NCBI GenBank assembly: GCA_045646865.1
Contig: JAZRLM010000004.1
Location: 695 to 64,694 of the forward strand
Direction of reading: 5' to 3'
DNA: 64,000 bases
Source: Clostridia bacterium
GTDB lineage: Bacteria > Bacillota > Clostridia > Monoglobales > Monoglobaceae
Position 1 is the stretch's first letter. The number at the start of each line of letters is the position of its first letter. Both the position numbers and the translations under genes were made by a program. Under the pieces are notes generated by a model. That model had not been told where the DNA came from. It saw nothing but the letters and a program-made list of their open reading frames with translations, and did no database searches. Below are positions 30,057 through 38,915 of the stretch, piece after piece.

Positions 30057-30442
30057 GAAAAGGTTTCTTTAACAAAATGCAGGGCAGACTTGGCGAAGAT
30101 GCGGCGGCGGAATACCTTAAGTCCAATGGATATAAAATTCTGAAATGCAACTATAAGAACAAAATGGGCGAGATAGATATTATCGCAAGCAAGGGCGAAG
30201 ACTTGGTTTTTGTCGAGGTAAAAACCAGAAGTTCTGCCGAATTCGGAACACCTGCTCAGGCTGTTACATACTATAAAAAACAACGGATTATAAATTCTGC
30301 AAAGTGGTATATGATGACAAACCCGTCAGACTTTAATATCCGATTTGACATTATCGAGGTATTTGGTATATTTACCGGAGACAGCTTTGAAGTAGAGAAT
30401 ATCAATCATATCGAGCAGGCTATTACGGAGGTAAGACTGTGA
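30053..30442 (+). CDS. yraN: YraN-family (UPF0102) endonuclease-like protein
   Basis: GEIDIIA..LVFVEVKTR motif. ATGA overlap with the rnhB stop. Confidence 0.8.
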   Translation: MRKGFFNKMQGRLGEDAAAEYLKSNGYKILKCNYKNKMGEIDIIASKGEDLVFVEVKTRSSAEFGTPAQAVTYYKKQRIINSAKWYMMTNPSDFNIRFDIIEVFGIFTGDSFEVENINHIEQAITEVRL

Positions 30443-31371
30443 CTGTTTTTGACGCGCATTGCGACACGGTGCAAAAGATATGCGATTTGGGCGGTAATCT
30501 TGTTGAAAACGAGTATCATATAGACATTAACCGCTTGAATTTATATGACGGATACATACAGATTTTTGCGGCATTTATTGATAAAGAAAGTGATGCTTTG
30601 CCGCCGTTTGAAAGATGTAATCAGCTTATCGACAGATATATTTGTGAAATTGGCCGGGCATATAATAAAATATCACATTGCCTTGACTTTGATGATATCA
30701 AATCTGCATTGAATAAAGGGAAATTTGCGTCGCTGTTGAGCATAGAAGGTGGCGAGGCACTAAACGGCAAAATTCACAACCTGCACTATTTTTATGGACG
30801 CGGAGTTCGCGCAATGACCCTGACATGGAACTATACAAACGAAATTTCGGGTGGAATAGGTGATAAAAAAGGCGGAGGACTTACCGTTTTCGGTAAAAGA
30901 GTTGTTTCAGAAATGAACAAATTGGGTATGCTGATTGATGTATCACATATTTCCGAAAAAGGTTTCTGGGATGTTATTGAAACAACCGAAAAACCAATTG
31001 CCGCAACCCATTCAAATGCGAAAAAGCTTTGCCCGCACCCCCGAAACCTTACCGACGAACAAATTTGTGCAATAATCAAAAACGGCGGATGCATTGGCGT
31101 GAATTTGTATTCGGAGTTTTTAGGAGCAGACAGATGTACTATAAAAGATGTAATTAATCATATCGAACATATTCTTGCCCTTGGTGGAGAAAATAACATT
31201 GGTCTTGGTTGTGATTTTGACGGTATGTCAAAACTGCCTGAGGGGATAGACGGTGTTCAGGATATTTATAAATTATTTGACGAAATGCAAAGATGCGGTT
31301 ATGCAGATTTACTGATAAACAAGATTGCATCAGGCAACTTTTTGAATCTATGTGAAAAAATTTTATTGTAA
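30439..31371 (+). CDS. Membrane dipeptidase (peptidase M19)
   Basis: 310 aa with FDAHCDT at the N-terminus and DVSH / HSNA metal-ligand regions. GTG start overlaps the yraN stop. Confidence 0.8.
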   Translation: MTVFDAHCDTVQKICDLGGNLVENEYHIDINRLNLYDGYIQIFAAFIDKESDALPPFERCNQLIDRYICEIGRAYNKISHCLDFDDIKSALNKGKFASLLSIEGGEALNGKIHNLHYFYGRGVRAMTLTWNYTNEISGGIGDKKGGGLTVFGKRVVSEMNKLGMLIDVSHISEKGFWDVIETTEKPIAATHSNAKKLCPHPRNLTDEQICAIIKNGGCIGVNLYSEFLGADRCTIKDVINHIEHILALGGENNIGLGCDFDGMSKLPEGIDGVQDIYKLFDEMQRCGYADLLINKIASGNFLNLCEKILL

Positions 31372-31449
31372 CAAAAAAAAGGTTGAAATTTTTTAAATTT
31401 TGTATTAAAATATAATTTAATGTAATTTTAGTTAGTTAGGAGAGTTTAA

Positions 31450-32646
31450 ATGCAAACATATATCTCTAAGAAAGCGAAGAGCATCAGCCCTTCACCAACC
31501 CTGTCGCTTGACGCAAAGTTCAAGCAGATGAAGAAACAGGGTATTCCGGTAGTTGGTTTCGGCGCAGGTGAGCCCGATTTTGCTACCCCTGAAAATGTCA
31601 GAGCAGCAGGTATTAAAGCTATCGAAACAGGTCAGACAAGATACACTCCTGCATCTGGTACTGTTGAATTAAAAGAAGCAGTTTGTGCTAAAATAAAAAG
31701 AGATACAGGTCTTGAATACGGTATCGAAAACATTGTTATCAGCAACGGCGGCAAGCATTGCCTTACCAACATTTTTATGGCAATCTGCGAGCCCGGCGAC
31801 GAGGTTATCATTCCTGCACCATTCTGGGTAAGCTATCCTGAAATGGTAAAAATGGCTGACGGTGTTCCCGTATACCTCAACACTACCGAGGAAACAAACT
31901 TCAAGTTCTCGGCCGAAGACCTTGAAAAGCACATTACATCAAGAACACGCGCACTTGTTCTTAATACACCAAGCAACCCCACAGGTATGGTATATACAAA
32001 GGAAGAACTTGTAAAAATTGCTGAAATCGCTGTAAAGAACAATATCTATGTTGTATTTGACGAAATATACGAAAAGCTTGTTTACGAAGGTGAACATATC
32101 AATATCGCAACTCTGGGTGAGGATATAAAGAATCTCACCGTTATAGTAAACGGTATGGCAAAGGCTTATGCCATGACAGGCTGGAGAATCGGTTTCACAG
32201 CATCAAATGCAGAACTTGCAAAGGCTATGTCAAACATTCAGAGCCACGCAACATCAAACCCCAACTCAATCGCACAATATGCATCTGTTGAGGCACTCAA
32301 CGGCGACCAGTCATCCATTGGCTTGATGCGTGCAGAATACATCAAGCGCAGAGATTATATGGTTGAAAGAATCAATTCAATTGACGGTGTAAGTTGTTTA
32401 AAGCCAAATGGTGCATTCTATATCTTTATGAATGTAAGAGAACTTCTCGGCAAAGAACTTTACGGTAAGGTGTTTAGCAGTGCAACCGAGCTTTGTGCTG
32501 ATATTTTAGACCGCGCACTTGTTGCGCTTGTTCCCAGCGAAGGATTTGGAATAGACGGATATGTTCGTTTTTCGTATGCAACATCAATGGAAGCAATTAA
32601 AGAAGGCCTTGACAGAATTGAAAAATATATTAAACAAGAATTTTAA
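31450..32646 (+). CDS. Class I/II PLP-dependent aminotransferase (aspartate aminotransferase-like)
   Basis: 398 aa with the PLP-Lys region NGMAKAYAMTGWRIG and SNPTG. Confidence 0.85.
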   Translation: MQTYISKKAKSISPSPTLSLDAKFKQMKKQGIPVVGFGAGEPDFATPENVRAAGIKAIETGQTRYTPASGTVELKEAVCAKIKRDTGLEYGIENIVISNGGKHCLTNIFMAICEPGDEVIIPAPFWVSYPEMVKMADGVPVYLNTTEETNFKFSAEDLEKHITSRTRALVLNTPSNPTGMVYTKEELVKIAEIAVKNNIYVVFDEIYEKLVYEGEHINIATLGEDIKNLTVIVNGMAKAYAMTGWRIGFTASNAELAKAMSNIQSHATSNPNSIAQYASVEALNGDQSSIGLMRAEYIKRRDYMVERINSIDGVSCLKPNGAFYIFMNVRELLGKELYGKVFSSATELCADILDRALVALVPSEGFGIDGYVRFSYATSMEAIKEGLDRIEKYIKQEF

Positions 32647-32661
32647 TAAAGGAGAATTGCT

Positions 32662-33459
32662 GTGAATATCGGTATTATCGGTGCAGGTAATATGTCATCT
32701 GCTCTTGCAGGCGGACTTATAGCCTCTGAAATTATCAGACCTGATGAATTATCAATAAGTGATAAAAATTCGGATTGTCTTTTGAAATGGCAGACAAAGG
32801 GTGTGTTTACAACCGAGGATAATGCCGAGGTTTTAAAGCACAGCGATATCGTTATTTTTGCAGTAAAGCCTAATATTTTATCCCTTGTTCTCGAAGAGGC
32901 AAAGGCGTTTACTTCAAATAAGATTTTTATTTCTATTGCGGCGGGCGTTACAATCGATACAATCGAAGGTATCCTTGGTCGTAATGTGAAAATTATTCGT
33001 GCAATGCCCAACACTCCTGCAAAGGTAAATTGCGGTATGACGGTGATTGCACCAAATAAGAACATTACAAAAGAAGAACTTGAAATGGCTGAAAATGTGC
33101 TTTCGGGCGTTGGCGAGGTTGTTGTTCTTGAAGAAAAATATATCAATGCGGCAACAGCTCTACATGGCAGCAGTCCTGCGTATGTTTATATGCTGATTGA
33201 TGCCATGGCTGACAGCGGCGTTAAATACGGAATACCCAAAGATATCGCTTTGCGACTTGCGGCAAAGGCGGTAGAAGGGTCTGCAAAAATGGTTCTTGAA
33301 ACAAAGGAGCATCCTCAGGTTTTGAAGGATGCTGTGTGTTCACCGGGAGGCACTACTATTGCGGCGGTTTGCGAGCTTGAGAAAAAAGGCTTTGCAACTG
33401 CGGTTGACAGCGCAATTGATGCCTGCGTGAAAAGAGCCGACGAAATGTCAAAGAAATAA
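32662..33459 (+). CDS. proC: Pyrroline-5-carboxylate reductase
   Basis: IGIIGAGNM Rossmann motif, C-terminal VCSPGGTT. GTG start. Confidence 0.9.
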   Translation: MNIGIIGAGNMSSALAGGLIASEIIRPDELSISDKNSDCLLKWQTKGVFTTEDNAEVLKHSDIVIFAVKPNILSLVLEEAKAFTSNKIFISIAAGVTIDTIEGILGRNVKIIRAMPNTPAKVNCGMTVIAPNKNITKEELEMAENVLSGVGEVVVLEEKYINAATALHGSSPAYVYMLIDAMADSGVKYGIPKDIALRLAAKAVEGSAKMVLETKEHPQVLKDAVCSPGGTTIAAVCELEKKGFATAVDSAIDACVKRADEMSKK

Positions 33460-33463
33460 TTGC

Positions 33464-33492
33464 TCATATTTTTATAGCTTGTCTCATATCTA
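33464..33492 (+). promoter_or_regulatory. Candidate sigma-E-type sporulation promoter of spoIIM
   Basis: TCATATT, a 14-nt spacer, then CATATCTA resembles the mother-cell sigma-E consensus (ATATT ... CATACA-T). spoIIM is sigma-E dependent in Bacillus. Confidence 0.35.
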
Positions 33493-33525
33493 TGTATAAA
33501 GTGTTTATACAGGAGGAAGAAGGCT

Positions 33526-34167
33526 ATGAGAAGATACGGATTTATAAAAACTTTCACCGATTACGCTACCCGAAACAGAATGCAATTTGTACTTGCAATT
33601 TTGTGTCTTGTTTCAGGAACGGTAATCGGTTCTTTGTCAGCAGCATCCTTAAGTGATGAAAAGTTTACTGCACTTGGTTCTTATATAAATAATTTTACTT
33701 CGGCATATGGTATTCAGTCGGTAAGTCACGGCGAAGTTTTCAGATTTTCACTATACAACAATATAAAGCTGTTGTTGTTTATGTGGGTTTCAGGACTTAA
33801 TGCGTGGCTGATACCGTTTGGTATGTTTCAGCTTGGACTTAAGGGCTACAAAACGGCATATACTACGTTTTTCCTGATTCAGCTATATCGGGGCAACGGT
33901 ATTTTATTTTCACTTGTTGTAATAATTCCGCAGATACTTATTATGCTACCCACACTTGTTTGCTATTTTGTGTTGAATTTTAATTCGGCGGTGTGTTTTC
34001 GTAGATTAAGGCTAAAAGGTCAGGGCTTTTTTTCACAAAAAGAGTTGTGCCTGAGAAATCTGGTTTGTATTGTGGCGGTTGCGGTAATTTTTGTTGTATG
34101 CAGTCTGATTGATGCATATGTTGTACCGGCGGTATTACGCCCGGTTTGTTCATTATTGTGTAAATAG
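33526..34167 (+). CDS. spoIIM: Stage II sporulation protein M-like membrane protein
   Basis: 213-aa polytopic membrane protein. Size, topology and its position upstream of xerD fit SpoIIM; I saw no sharp motif. Confidence 0.55.
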   Translation: MRRYGFIKTFTDYATRNRMQFVLAILCLVSGTVIGSLSAASLSDEKFTALGSYINNFTSAYGIQSVSHGEVFRFSLYNNIKLLLFMWVSGLNAWLIPFGMFQLGLKGYKTAYTTFFLIQLYRGNGILFSLVVIIPQILIMLPTLVCYFVLNFNSAVCFRRLRLKGQGFFSQKELCLRNLVCIVAVAVIFVVCSLIDAYVVPAVLRPVCSLLCK

Positions 34168-34176
34168 GAGGTCAAA

Positions 34177-35076
34177 ATGGAAACTTTAATCGATAAGTAT
34201 TTTGAATTTTTAGTTAATACTAAGGGTGTTTCTCAGAACACTCTGCTTTCCTATAAGCGCGATATAAAAGACTTTGTTGCGTATGCCGAGGATAATGGGT
34301 TGAATATCGAAACAGCAGGCGGAACATCAATCCTTGACTACCTGATGAAACTTCAGAAATCGGGTAAGTCGGCATCAACGGTTTCAAGAAATCTTGCATC
34401 AATCCGTTCATTCTACCGCTTTATGCAAAACGAAGGTGTTGTAAAAGCTGACCCAACGGCAAATCTTCACTCTCTTAAAATGAAGAAAAAACTCCCCGAA
34501 GTGCTTACAAGCGAGGAGGTAGAGGACCTTCTTAATCAGCCTGACAGCCGTGATGCAAAGGGTTGTCGTGACAAGGCTATGCTTGAACTTTTATATGCAA
34601 CGGGTATGAGAGTGACCGAAATGATTGACCTTAAAATGTCGGATGTTGATATGGATATCGGTTACATAAACTGCAATCAGGGCAAAAAGATGAGGGTAAT
34701 TCCTGTATATTCGCTTGCAAAAAAGGCGGTTAAAAGTTATATTGACACAGCACGCAATCAGCTTGTAAAGGATAAACCTGTTGAAAACCTGTTTGTCAAT
34801 TATAATGGCGGAAAAATGACCCGTCAGGGCTTCTGGAAAATAATCAAACAGTATGCAAATCTTGCAAATATAAAAAAAGAAATCACACCCCATACATTAA
34901 GGCACTCTTTTGCAACGCATCTGCTTGAAAACGGCGCAGACCTTAAATCCGTTCAGGAAATGCTTGGACACAGCGATATATCATCCACACAGATTTATAC
35001 TAGTGTTGTTAAAAAACACATAAATGATGTGTATAAGAATGCACATCCAAGGGCAAGAAAAAAGCAAACTGTATAA
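34177..35076 (+). CDS. xerD: Site-specific tyrosine recombinase XerD
   Basis: 299 aa with ATGMRVTE, HTLRHSFATHLL and GHSDISSTQIYT. Confidence 0.88.
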   Translation: METLIDKYFEFLVNTKGVSQNTLLSYKRDIKDFVAYAEDNGLNIETAGGTSILDYLMKLQKSGKSASTVSRNLASIRSFYRFMQNEGVVKADPTANLHSLKMKKKLPEVLTSEEVEDLLNQPDSRDAKGCRDKAMLELLYATGMRVTEMIDLKMSDVDMDIGYINCNQGKKMRVIPVYSLAKKAVKSYIDTARNQLVKDKPVENLFVNYNGGKMTRQGFWKIIKQYANLANIKKEITPHTLRHSFATHLLENGADLKSVQEMLGHSDISSTQIYTSVVKKHINDVYKNAHPRARKKQTV

Positions 35077-35169
35077 AAAAGGGGATGTTAATATAGTCCA
35101 GACTGCAAAAAGACGGGAAAATCAAAAACTATTTAACAAGTATTAAGCACTAAATCTATTATAAATGTT

Positions 35170-35205
35170 GAAAAATCGCATAATTATGCGATTTTTCTGC
35201 TTTTT
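35170..35205 (+). terminator. xerD terminator (perfect 28-nt palindrome plus T-run)
   Basis: GAAAAATCGCATAATTATGCGATTTTTC followed by tgcttttt. Confidence 0.75.
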
Positions 35206-35217
35206 AGTCTTTTTGCT

Positions 35218-35297
35218 ACACACAAACCTCACCTCTCGGTGTACACAAGTACACCTTCGGGTATCCCAAAGTCGTGACTTTGGTTCGGTTTGTGTGT
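35218..35297. other. 80-nt element predicted to fold as a three-way junction (ncRNA or miniature repeat candidate)
   Basis: An 11-bp closing stem (ACACACAAACC / GGTTTGTGTGT) encloses two hairpins: GGTGTACacaaGTACACC and CCAAAGTcgtgACTTTGG. Confidence 0.4.
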
Positions 35298-35336
35298 TCT
35301 GAATCAATTTTACCTATTGCGGTGCATAGCACCGCA

Positions 35337-35516
35337 GCGATATAAATTCCTGGCGGAATTTGCGATATGTACTATGTACGCGATATATCTTCGATGCGAT
35401 ATGTCCCTTCGGGACGAGATTAAGGAATTTATATCATATCGCAACGGAGCAAAGCGGAGTTATATCGCATTTGAACAAGGTGAAAATATATCGCACGAAC
35501 GAAGTGAGTATATCGT
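35337..35516. repeat. Array of 8 heptamers: 4 x GCGATAT then 4 x ATATCGC (the last one is ATATCGT)
   Basis: Direct copies at 35337, 35362, 35380 and 35396. Inverted copies at 35436, 35462, 35488 and 35510. Small hairpins lie between them. Confidence 0.8.
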
Positions 35517-35564
35517 TATAAACAGGTGCATCTAAACCTTATGCCTCGCTATCCCCAAATGGAA

Positions 35565-35595
35565 GGCTGTTTAAAAACATAGTTTTTAAACAGCC
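35565..35595. terminator. Hairpin terminator at the sigK 3' end
   Basis: GGCTGTTTAAAAACatagTTTTTAAACAGCC, with a T-rich tract on the plus side. Confidence 0.65.
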
Positions 35596-35601
35596 CCATT
35601 T

Positions 35602-36294
35602 TTATATATCATCACAAATTCCATACCTGAGTTTACTTATTGCTTTTTTTTCAATTCTTGAAACATATGAACGTGAAATTCCCAATATTTCAGCTACTTC
35701 AAACTGCGTCATTTCGTTGCCGTCGTAAAGACCGTAACGCATTTTTATTATCTCTCTTTCGCGGTCGTCAAGACGGGTAGCAATATTTCGATAAAGTTTT
35801 TTAACCTGAGATTTACGGTCAATTTCTTTTATTACGTCTTCTTCGTCCGTGCCGATAATGTCCATCAGCAGAATCTGATTCCCTTCCTTGTCGCAACCGA
35901 TTGGATCATTTAGTGATACGTCTCCCTGAGATTTTTTATTACTGCGCATAAGCATCAGTATTTCATTTTCTATACATCTTGCGGCGTATGTGACAAGCCT
36001 TGTTCCTTTTGAACTGTCAAAGCTGTTTATGCCTTTAATAAGGCCGATAGTACCTAGGGAAATCAAGTCTTCGCTGTCGCGGATTGTTCCCGAATACTTT
36101 TTTGCTATATGTGCAACAAGCCTGAGATTGTGTTCAATAAGTTTTGCTTTTGCATCTTCGTCGCCTTGTTCCATTTTTTCTATGTACATTCTTTCTTCCT
36201 TAGCGGATAAGGGCTTAGGAAAGGAATTACTATCTGATACAAATGAAATGAGAAAAACTAACGATTCGAAAATTGACCCGAACAGACCAAACAT
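35602..36294 (-). CDS. sigK: Sporulation sigma factor K (pro-sigma-K), uninterrupted
   Basis: LVFLISFVSDSNSFPKPLS pro-sequence region, KLIEHNLRLVAHIAKKY, TYAARCIENEILM and ISRSYVSRIEK all closely parallel Bacillus SigK. Confidence 0.85.
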   Translation of the reverse strand: MFGLFGSIFESLVFLISFVSDSNSFPKPLSAKEERMYIEKMEQGDEDAKAKLIEHNLRLVAHIAKKYSGTIRDSEDLISLGTIGLIKGINSFDSSKGTRLVTYAARCIENEILMLMRSNKKSQGDVSLNDPIGCDKEGNQILLMDIIGTDEEDVIKEIDRKSQVKKLYRNIATRLDDREREIIKMRYGLYDGNEMTQFEVAEILGISRSYVSRIEKKAISKLRYGICDDI

Positions 36295-36455
36295 AACTAC
36301 CTGACCTCCGATTTTTAACTATGAATTATAATATGCGCAAATGGCTTGACAGGTGCAAGTACAATTAAATTAAATACTTGATGTTTAGTGTTGCAAAGTT
36401 GGTTAAAATATGATAATATATAATGGTTTATGATATGTAAAAGGAATTGTATGTT

Positions 36456-38825
36456 ATGGATGAAAAAACTTTAAGAACATTAGAATTTGATAAAATTCGG
36501 GAAATGCTTTCAAAGCACGCTATAAATGACGAAGCAAAGGACAGGGCGCAAAAAATCAAACCATTTACCGAACTTGTTGCGGTTAAGTCGGCGCTTGCTG
36601 ATACAGACGGTGCTGTTGTGATGATTTGCAAGTATGGCTCACCGCCCATCAGCGCAGTATTAGAGGTTACATCTGCAATCAAGCGAATAAAACTTGGCGG
36701 AAATCTGTCAATGGCAGAGCTTTTGAACATTGCCCGTGTGCTTAAATGTGCGGCACAACTGAAAAAATACAGCGATGGTCACGAAAGTGTTCTTGACCGC
36801 TATTTTGTCTGCCTTGAAAAAAATAATCAGGTCGAAGAAAGAATAAGTACATCCATAATTTCAGAAACAGAAATGGCAGACGGTGCAAGTCCTGAACTTG
36901 GCAACATTCGCCGCAAAATTTCCCGTGCAGGTGATAAAATAAAGGATTTATTGAATTCAATGATACATTCACCCCATTATCAGAAGTTCCTGCAGGACCC
37001 AATTGTAACACTCCGAAATGACCGCTATGTTGTGCCCGTCAAGGCAGAGCACAAGGGTGATGTTCATGGTATTGTTCACGATGTTTCAGCGTCAGGGGGA
37101 ACTCTTTTTATTGAACCGTCATCGGTTGTTAATGCCAACAATGAGCTTCATACCCTTGCAGTTAAGGAAAAAGAAGAAATTGAAAAAATTCTTGCAGAAC
37201 TTACAGCTTTGGTTGCAGAAATTGCTGAGGTTGTTGAATATGATTATAATGCAATTATTGACCTTGACCTTTTGTTTGCCAAGGCAAAACTTGCACTCAG
37301 CCAGAAGGCAGTTTGTCCTGAAATGAATGGCGAAGGCAAAATTTCAATCAAAAAGGGCAGACACCCGCTCATTGACCCGAAAAAAGTTGTACCACAGGAT
37401 ATTTCTCTTGGATACGATTTTGATACACTTGTTGTTACGGGTCCCAACACAGGCGGTAAAACTGTTGTGCTTAAAACAATAGGTCTGTTCACCCTTATGG
37501 CGCAGGCAGGTCTTTGCGTGCCGGCATCCGACGGAACGCAGCTTGCGGTATTTGACGGAGTTTATGCCGATATTGGGGATGAACAGAGCATTGAACAGAG
37601 CCTTAGTACATTCTCGGCGCATATGACAAACATTGTCAGCATACTTGATAAATTTACCTCCAACTCGCTTATTTTGTTTGATGAGCTTGGTGCAGGAACC
37701 GACCCTGTTGAAGGTGCGGCGCTTGCAAATGCAATCCTTAATTATGTAAAGAACATGGGTGCAAAAACCGTTGCAACAACCCATTACAGCGAACTTAAAA
37801 TTTATGCACTCTCAACCGAGCGTGTTGAAAATGCATCCTGCGAGTTTGATGTTGAAACCCTTAGCCCCACATATCGTTTGCTTGTGGGTATCCCCGGTAA
37901 AAGTAATGCTTTTGCCATTTCCAAAAAACTCGGTCTTTCGGATTACATTATCGAAAATTCAAAGGAACTGCTGTCAGAAGAAACGGTTAAATTTGAAGAT
38001 GTTTTGTCGTCTATTGAAGAAAACCGCCGTATTACCGAAAGCTCAAGAACCCAGCAGGAAAAATTGAAAAAAGAGGTTGCCGACCTTAAGGCAGAGCTTG
38101 TTAAGGAACGTCAGGCGCTTGACAAAAAACGTGAAGAAATACTTGACCGCGCAAACAAATCGGCGGCTGAAATAATTGAAAAGGCAAAAGCCGAAACCGA
38201 CGAGATTTTAGAAACAATGCGTGCTCTCCAAAAGGAAAAAGACGAAAGAGAAGCCCTAAAGGCAATGGAAGAGGTTAAGAGGGAACTTAATATCAGCCTT
38301 AAGAAAGCTAAAAAAGCACCCAATGCACCTAAAATCAGCAAACCTGTTAAAACAAATATAAATGCGTTAAAGCCGGGTATGTCGGTACTGATAACCGACC
38401 TTAATGACAGAGGTACAATTCTTACCATTGACAAAAAGGCTGGTACTGCACAAATTCAGATGGGTATAATGAAAACCTCGGCAAAGCTTACAAGCCTTGT
38501 AATTTTAGAGGATGAAACAAAGAAGAATATCGAAAAATTTCTTCCTCAAAAAAATGTCACAAGCGGTAGCAAAACTGTTAAAACCGAGGTTGACCTCAGG
38601 GGTATGGTGCTTGAAGACGCACTTCTTGAAACTGATATGTTTCTTGACCGTGCGGCAATGTCAAGCCTGTCAACGGTTTCGATTATTCACGGTAAAGGAA
38701 CGGGCGTTCTGAGGTCGGGAATTCATAATATGCTGAGAAAGCATCCTCACGTTAAATCCTTCCGACTTGGCAGATACGGCGAAGGTGAGAACGGTGTCAC
38801 GGTTGTTGAACTTAAAAATTCGTAA
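36456..38825 (+). CDS. mutS2: Endonuclease MutS2
   Basis: Walker A GPNTGGKT, a long coiled coil, and a C-terminal Smr domain (IIHGKGTGVLR). Confidence 0.92.
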   Translation: MDEKTLRTLEFDKIREMLSKHAINDEAKDRAQKIKPFTELVAVKSALADTDGAVVMICKYGSPPISAVLEVTSAIKRIKLGGNLSMAELLNIARVLKCAAQLKKYSDGHESVLDRYFVCLEKNNQVEERISTSIISETEMADGASPELGNIRRKISRAGDKIKDLLNSMIHSPHYQKFLQDPIVTLRNDRYVVPVKAEHKGDVHGIVHDVSASGGTLFIEPSSVVNANNELHTLAVKEKEEIEKILAELTALVAEIAEVVEYDYNAIIDLDLLFAKAKLALSQKAVCPEMNGEGKISIKKGRHPLIDPKKVVPQDISLGYDFDTLVVTGPNTGGKTVVLKTIGLFTLMAQAGLCVPASDGTQLAVFDGVYADIGDEQSIEQSLSTFSAHMTNIVSILDKFTSNSLILFDELGAGTDPVEGAALANAILNYVKNMGAKTVATTHYSELKIYALSTERVENASCEFDVETLSPTYRLLVGIPGKSNAFAISKKLGLSDYIIENSKELLSEETVKFEDVLSSIEENRRITESSRTQQEKLKKEVADLKAELVKERQALDKKREEILDRANKSAAEIIEKAKAETDEILETMRALQKEKDEREALKAMEEVKRELNISLKKAKKAPNAPKISKPVKTNINALKPGMSVLITDLNDRGTILTIDKKAGTAQIQMGIMKTSAKLTSLVILEDETKKNIEKFLPQKNVTSGSKTVKTEVDLRGMVLEDALLETDMFLDRAAMSSLSTVSIIHGKGTGVLRSGIHNMLRKHPHVKSFRLGRYGEGENGVTVVELKNS

Positions 38826-38915
38826 AAAAATATCAGTTTTTTAAGAAAAGTGTTGTTTTTTTGATAAATCCGTGATAAAATGAAGGTTAAAGAATTAACA
38901 GGCGGGAGAAATTTT

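Noticed and set aside
32643-33146. 167-aa ORF antisense to proC
   Set aside because: Same reasoning: shadow frame of a conserved gene, with no start context.
35170-35197. 28-bp palindrome just after xerD, considered as a dif site
   Set aside because: It is a perfect palindrome with a T-run, so it behaves as a terminator. Only the GCATAAT part resembles a dif arm. The central region and the XerD arm do not match Firmicute dif consensus.
35218-35297. tRNA or tRNA-like gene
   Set aside because: It has no D-arm or T-arm geometry and no GTTCRA T-loop. The stems are 7 and 11 bp long, so it is not a tRNA.
35290-35535. 81-aa plus-strand ORF in the xerD-sigK gap
   Set aside because: It has no RBS. 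Its start falls inside the closing stem of the junction element at 35218-35297, and its sequence periodicity follows the GCGATAT heptamer array. I treated it as a non-coding repeat region.
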